Below are positions 26,097 through 28,534 of a stretch of 28,534 bases of DNA, piece by piece. Source of the stretch: Candidatus Fraserbacteria bacterium (lineage in GTDB: Bacteria > Bipolaricaulota > Bipolaricaulia > RBG-16-55-9). Position 1 is the stretch's first letter, and every line of letters begins with the position of its first letter. Below the pieces are notes generated by a model, which worked only from the letters and a program-made list of their open reading frames with translations, had not been told where the DNA came from and did not search any database. The translations under genes and the position numbers were made by a program. The stretch is from assembly GCA_037442925.1 (NCBI GenBank), contig JBBIPG010000028.1:1-28534 (forward strand). The letters run 5' to 3'.

Positions 26097-27287
26097 CTAT
26101 GGGAGATGCTTCAGAGCTTGGAACAGCACTTCCACATGGAAGGGGAACGCCGAGAGAACCTTACCCCAAAGATCTGGCCGCTTCAGTAGAGCACTGACCA
26201 CATAGCTCGCGTAGTCAATGTCCCCGTATTCGCTTATGAGCTTCAGAATCTGCGGATCGTCCAAGACGGCAAACATCTTGTTGATATCTTCGTCGTTCAC
26301 ACAGCAGAATAACTCATGGGCAAGCATGCCAAACCTCAGTTCGTTCTCGAAGAGCGCTCGCCAACGTTGCTCGTACTCTGACAGTGCCTCACGTGAGGTA
26401 TCGCCTTCCTGAGCAGCACGCGCGGCAACCTCCCCCGCGATACGGGCGCAGGTTACCCCCGTGTAGATCCCTCCGCCGGATGTAGGCTTGGCTTGTCCCG
26501 CGGCGTCACCCACGAGTAAGACGCCGTCCGCGACCGTCCGCGCCGCAGGGCCAATGGGAATCGCCCCGGCGTTCCTCTCTACGACCTTCTTGTTGGGGAA
26601 ACGCTCCTTGAGCCACGAATCCAGATAGGCTTGAGCCCGCTGGCCATCGTCCGTGCCCAGTCCTACCCGCGCGTAACCCGGCGCGGCGGGCACGACCCAG
26701 GCGAAAAAGTTCGGTGCGAGCTTCTGGCTTAGAAAGACCTCTACATAGTCTTCTCGCGGGGCTCCATACGGGATGGTCACTTGGATGGCAATGATCTTCT
26801 TCTTGGGCGCAGGCAGGCCCGCCCACTGAGCCACGCGGCTATGGGGACCATCCGCTCCGATCACGATGCTCGTCTTGACAGAGCTCTCTCGACCATTGAC
26901 CTTGAAGCGCAGTCGACCTGCTTCAAGACCCAGAGCCTGTGCGTTTGCCTGCACTTCAACACCGGCTTCGCGGGCTTGCCGGACGAGATCGCAGTCGAAG
27001 CGATCGCGATCCATCACGTAGGCGTGCACTTCTGGTTTCTCTACAGCGAGGCGTCTTCCATCAGGGGCATAGGCGAACGCTCCGCGGATCTCGCGCAGAA
27101 TCACTGTGGGATCGGCTCCGGCTTCTTGAAAGCCACGGACGCTCAAGAGCCCGGTGCATTGCACGGGTTTTCCAATCTCGCGGCGGCTTTCGAGAAGCAG
27201 GACGCGGGCTCCCCGTTCCGAAGCTGTCTTGGCGGCGATGGCTCCGGCGGGCCCTCCCCCGACTACGACGATGTCGAAACTATTCAT
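26097..27287 (-). CDS. Geranylgeranyl-reductase-family FAD oxidoreductase
   Basis: DIVVVGGGPAG, IGKPVQCTG, DRDRFD, IGADG, FFAWVVP and VGDAAGQAKPTSGGGI motifs. Confidence 0.88.
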   Translation of the reverse strand: MNSFDIVVVGGGPAGAIAAKTASERGARVLLLESRREIGKPVQCTGLLSVRGFQEAGADPTVILREIRGAFAYAPDGRRLAVEKPEVHAYVMDRDRFDCDLVRQAREAGVEVQANAQALGLEAGRLRFKVNGRESSVKTSIVIGADGPHSRVAQWAGLPAPKKKIIAIQVTIPYGAPREDYVEVFLSQKLAPNFFAWVVPAAPGYARVGLGTDDGQRAQAYLDSWLKERFPNKKVVERNAGAIPIGPAARTVADGVLLVGDAAGQAKPTSGGGIYTGVTCARIAGEVAARAAQEGDTSREALSEYEQRWRALFENELRFGMLAHELFCCVNDEDINKMFAVLDDPQILKLISEYGDIDYASYVVSALLKRPDLWGKVLSAFPFHVEVLFQALKHLP

Positions 27288-27304
27288 GGGTATGGATGCA
27301 GGAC

Positions 27305-27333
27305 ATGATAGCAGATTCTCTCTGGAACGTAAA
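27305..27333 (-). promoter_or_regulatory. Putative sigma70 promoter of the GGR-family gene, with a very short SD-less leader
   Basis: Minus strand: TTTACG (27333-27328), 17-bp spacer, TGc-TATCAT (27310-27305). Confidence 0.5.
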
Positions 27334-27347
27334 GCAGATCGTGGGTC

Positions 27348-27716
27348 TTAACGCCGATGTTCTGGCAGGCGCGTGTCCCAACCTCGCCAGCGATACAGGG
27401 GATCTCGTCCGCTTAAGCCCGTGAGCAGAAGATATACTCCCAGCACTCCCAGTGCGATACCTCCGGGATGCACCCAGCCCAGCCGCGCGGCATAGTAGAG
27501 AGATGCTCCCACGAGCCCCAGTCGAATCACGCGGTCTTCAATGCCCAAGCGGCCCGGATGTTTGGGAGCAACGGCCTCCGGCGGTTCTTGTCCTAACATC
27601 TCATACTTGGGGCGCTCCATGTCTCGTAACTCGCCTCTAAATAGGGCCAGCGCGATGAGGAGCAGCACCCCCAAGCCAAGCAGAACACCCACAAGATTGA
27701 GCGGGTCCATGATCAT
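27348..27716 (-). CDS. Membrane protein: CcoS/FixS-like N-terminus fused to a DUF2892 (YgaP-like) domain
   Basis: TM helix plus RGELRDMERPKYEML (compare CcoS GQFDD.E.P..RxL), then EDRVIR...LLLTGLSGRDPLYRWRGWDT. ATGA overlap with the upstream gene. Confidence 0.6.
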   Translation of the reverse strand: MIMDPLNLVGVLLGLGVLLLIALALFRGELRDMERPKYEMLGQEPPEAVAPKHPGRLGIEDRVIRLGLVGASLYYAARLGWVHPGGIALGVLGVYLLLTGLSGRDPLYRWRGWDTRLPEHRR

Positions 27717-28534
27717 CGTGATGTGGAGAGACTCTTGATGAAGGCGATCAATGCTTGGATCTCTTCCTCGGTCACTTCTCGGCCTGCCAGCTGTGCAATG
27801 CTTGGCATGACGTTCGCAAAGCCCTTGACGACTCTAGCGGCGGGTTGCGTCATCGATTCTGTCAGATACGCATCGTCAGCGATCACGGTTTGTGTTGTGC
27901 CGTCGGGTAGCATGATTTCCTTGGGGCGCCCATAAAGATCCTTCCAGCTGGGTCCGGTGCTGGGCGTTCCGTCGAGCGTATGGCAAGAGACGCAGCCGAC
28001 GCTGCTATAGAGCTCTCGACCCTTGGCGATGCGGGGATCTTCTACAGGAGGCGGTGGAGGCACCAGCTGCCCCGTGCGCAATTTCTGCGGTTCATTGCCC
28101 AAGCTCACCAAGAACGCCGCCAGATCTCGTAAGTCTTGCTCCGAGAGATAGCGATACGTCGGCATGATCGAGCGCGCCTTAAACTTGCGGGGATCTACGA
28201 GGTGGTCGATCTGGTATTGCATGTTGGGGATCTTGCGGCCAATCACAGTGAGATCCGGCCCATCACGTTGTGTTCCCAACATCGTGAACGGGTATTTTAC
28301 GTAGTCCCCCATCTGTGAGACTTCCTCTGGTCGAGCGCCCTCGCTCCAGCCGGTCTCAATATCTTGAGGGCGCAAATACAGCGTATGGCAGTACGTACAG
28401 CCATTCGCCAGATAGACGAGATAGCCTCGATAGGGCTCGCCTTCGAGTCCTGAGCCACTGGGATCTTTCAGCATTTCGCCCGTTTTCCAGTCCCAAGCGC
28501 GTGCGGTGGGGGGGATACGCTCTGCTTGTGTTGC
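27713..28534 (-). CDS. ccoO: cbb3-type cytochrome c oxidase subunit II (CcoO/FixO)-like protein fused to a second cytochrome c domain (5' truncated)
   Basis: GYLVYLANGCTYCHT..RP, LGTQRDGPDL, HLVDPR...SIMPTY (FixO pattern); second heme motif CVSCH..GPSWKDLYG..YLTESM..P...MP. The frame is open to the window edge. Confidence 0.8.
   Translation of the reverse strand, partial: ATQAERIPPTARAWDWKTGEMLKDPSGSGLEGEPYRGYLVYLANGCTYCHTLYLRPQDIETGWSEGARPEEVSQMGDYVKYPFTMLGTQRDGPDLTVIGRKIPNMQYQIDHLVDPRKFKARSIMPTYRYLSEQDLRDLAAFLVSLGNEPQKLRTGQLVPPPPPVEDPRIAKGRELYSSVGCVSCHTLDGTPSTGPSWKDLYGRPKEIMLPDGTTQTVIADDAYLTESMTQPAARVVKGFANVMPSIAQLAGREVTEEEIQALIAFIKSLSTSR

Noticed and set aside
1..28534. CRISPR arrays, tRNA or rRNA genes
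   Set aside because: No regularly spaced repeats or recognisable structural RNA genes were seen in the short intergenic regions.

Overview
Bacterial chromosomal window with fairly high GC. My guess is an uncultured lineage such as Ca. Bipolaricaulota/Acetothermia, which I cannot verify. Left end: the 5' end of an ArsR-like regulator gene lies divergent from a consensus sigma70 promoter. That promoter drives four small genes: two paralogous helical unknowns and two TRASH/YHS-type Cys proteins. A housekeeping run follows: ileS, birA, purA, a PspA-like gene, and rplM with no adjacent rpsI. Next is an operon of three secreted PKD/vWA proteins that share a repeated beta-sandwich domain, with a dockerin-like helical module in two of them. 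The most interesting part is a ~7.8 kb minus-strand cassette (12955-20775) that resembles an unfamiliar polymorphic-toxin or surface-effector system. It starts with a lipoprotein joined in frame, across a single TAG, to a PD-(D/E)xK nuclease domain. Then come two secreted beta-helix proteins, a headless paralogous cassette with a pre-toxin-like motif and an apparently inactive nuclease fold, and a third beta-helix protein. All three beta-helix proteins end in the same LCP..YxWPPxFIxxP tail, and no cytoplasmic immunity gene is visible. Right end (minus strand): secA, an O-antigen-ligase/TPR membrane protein, a geranylgeranyl-reductase-family flavoprotein, a CcoS-like/DUF2892 fusion and a partial diheme CcoO-like cytochrome c. 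All calls come from reading motifs by eye; no searches were run.
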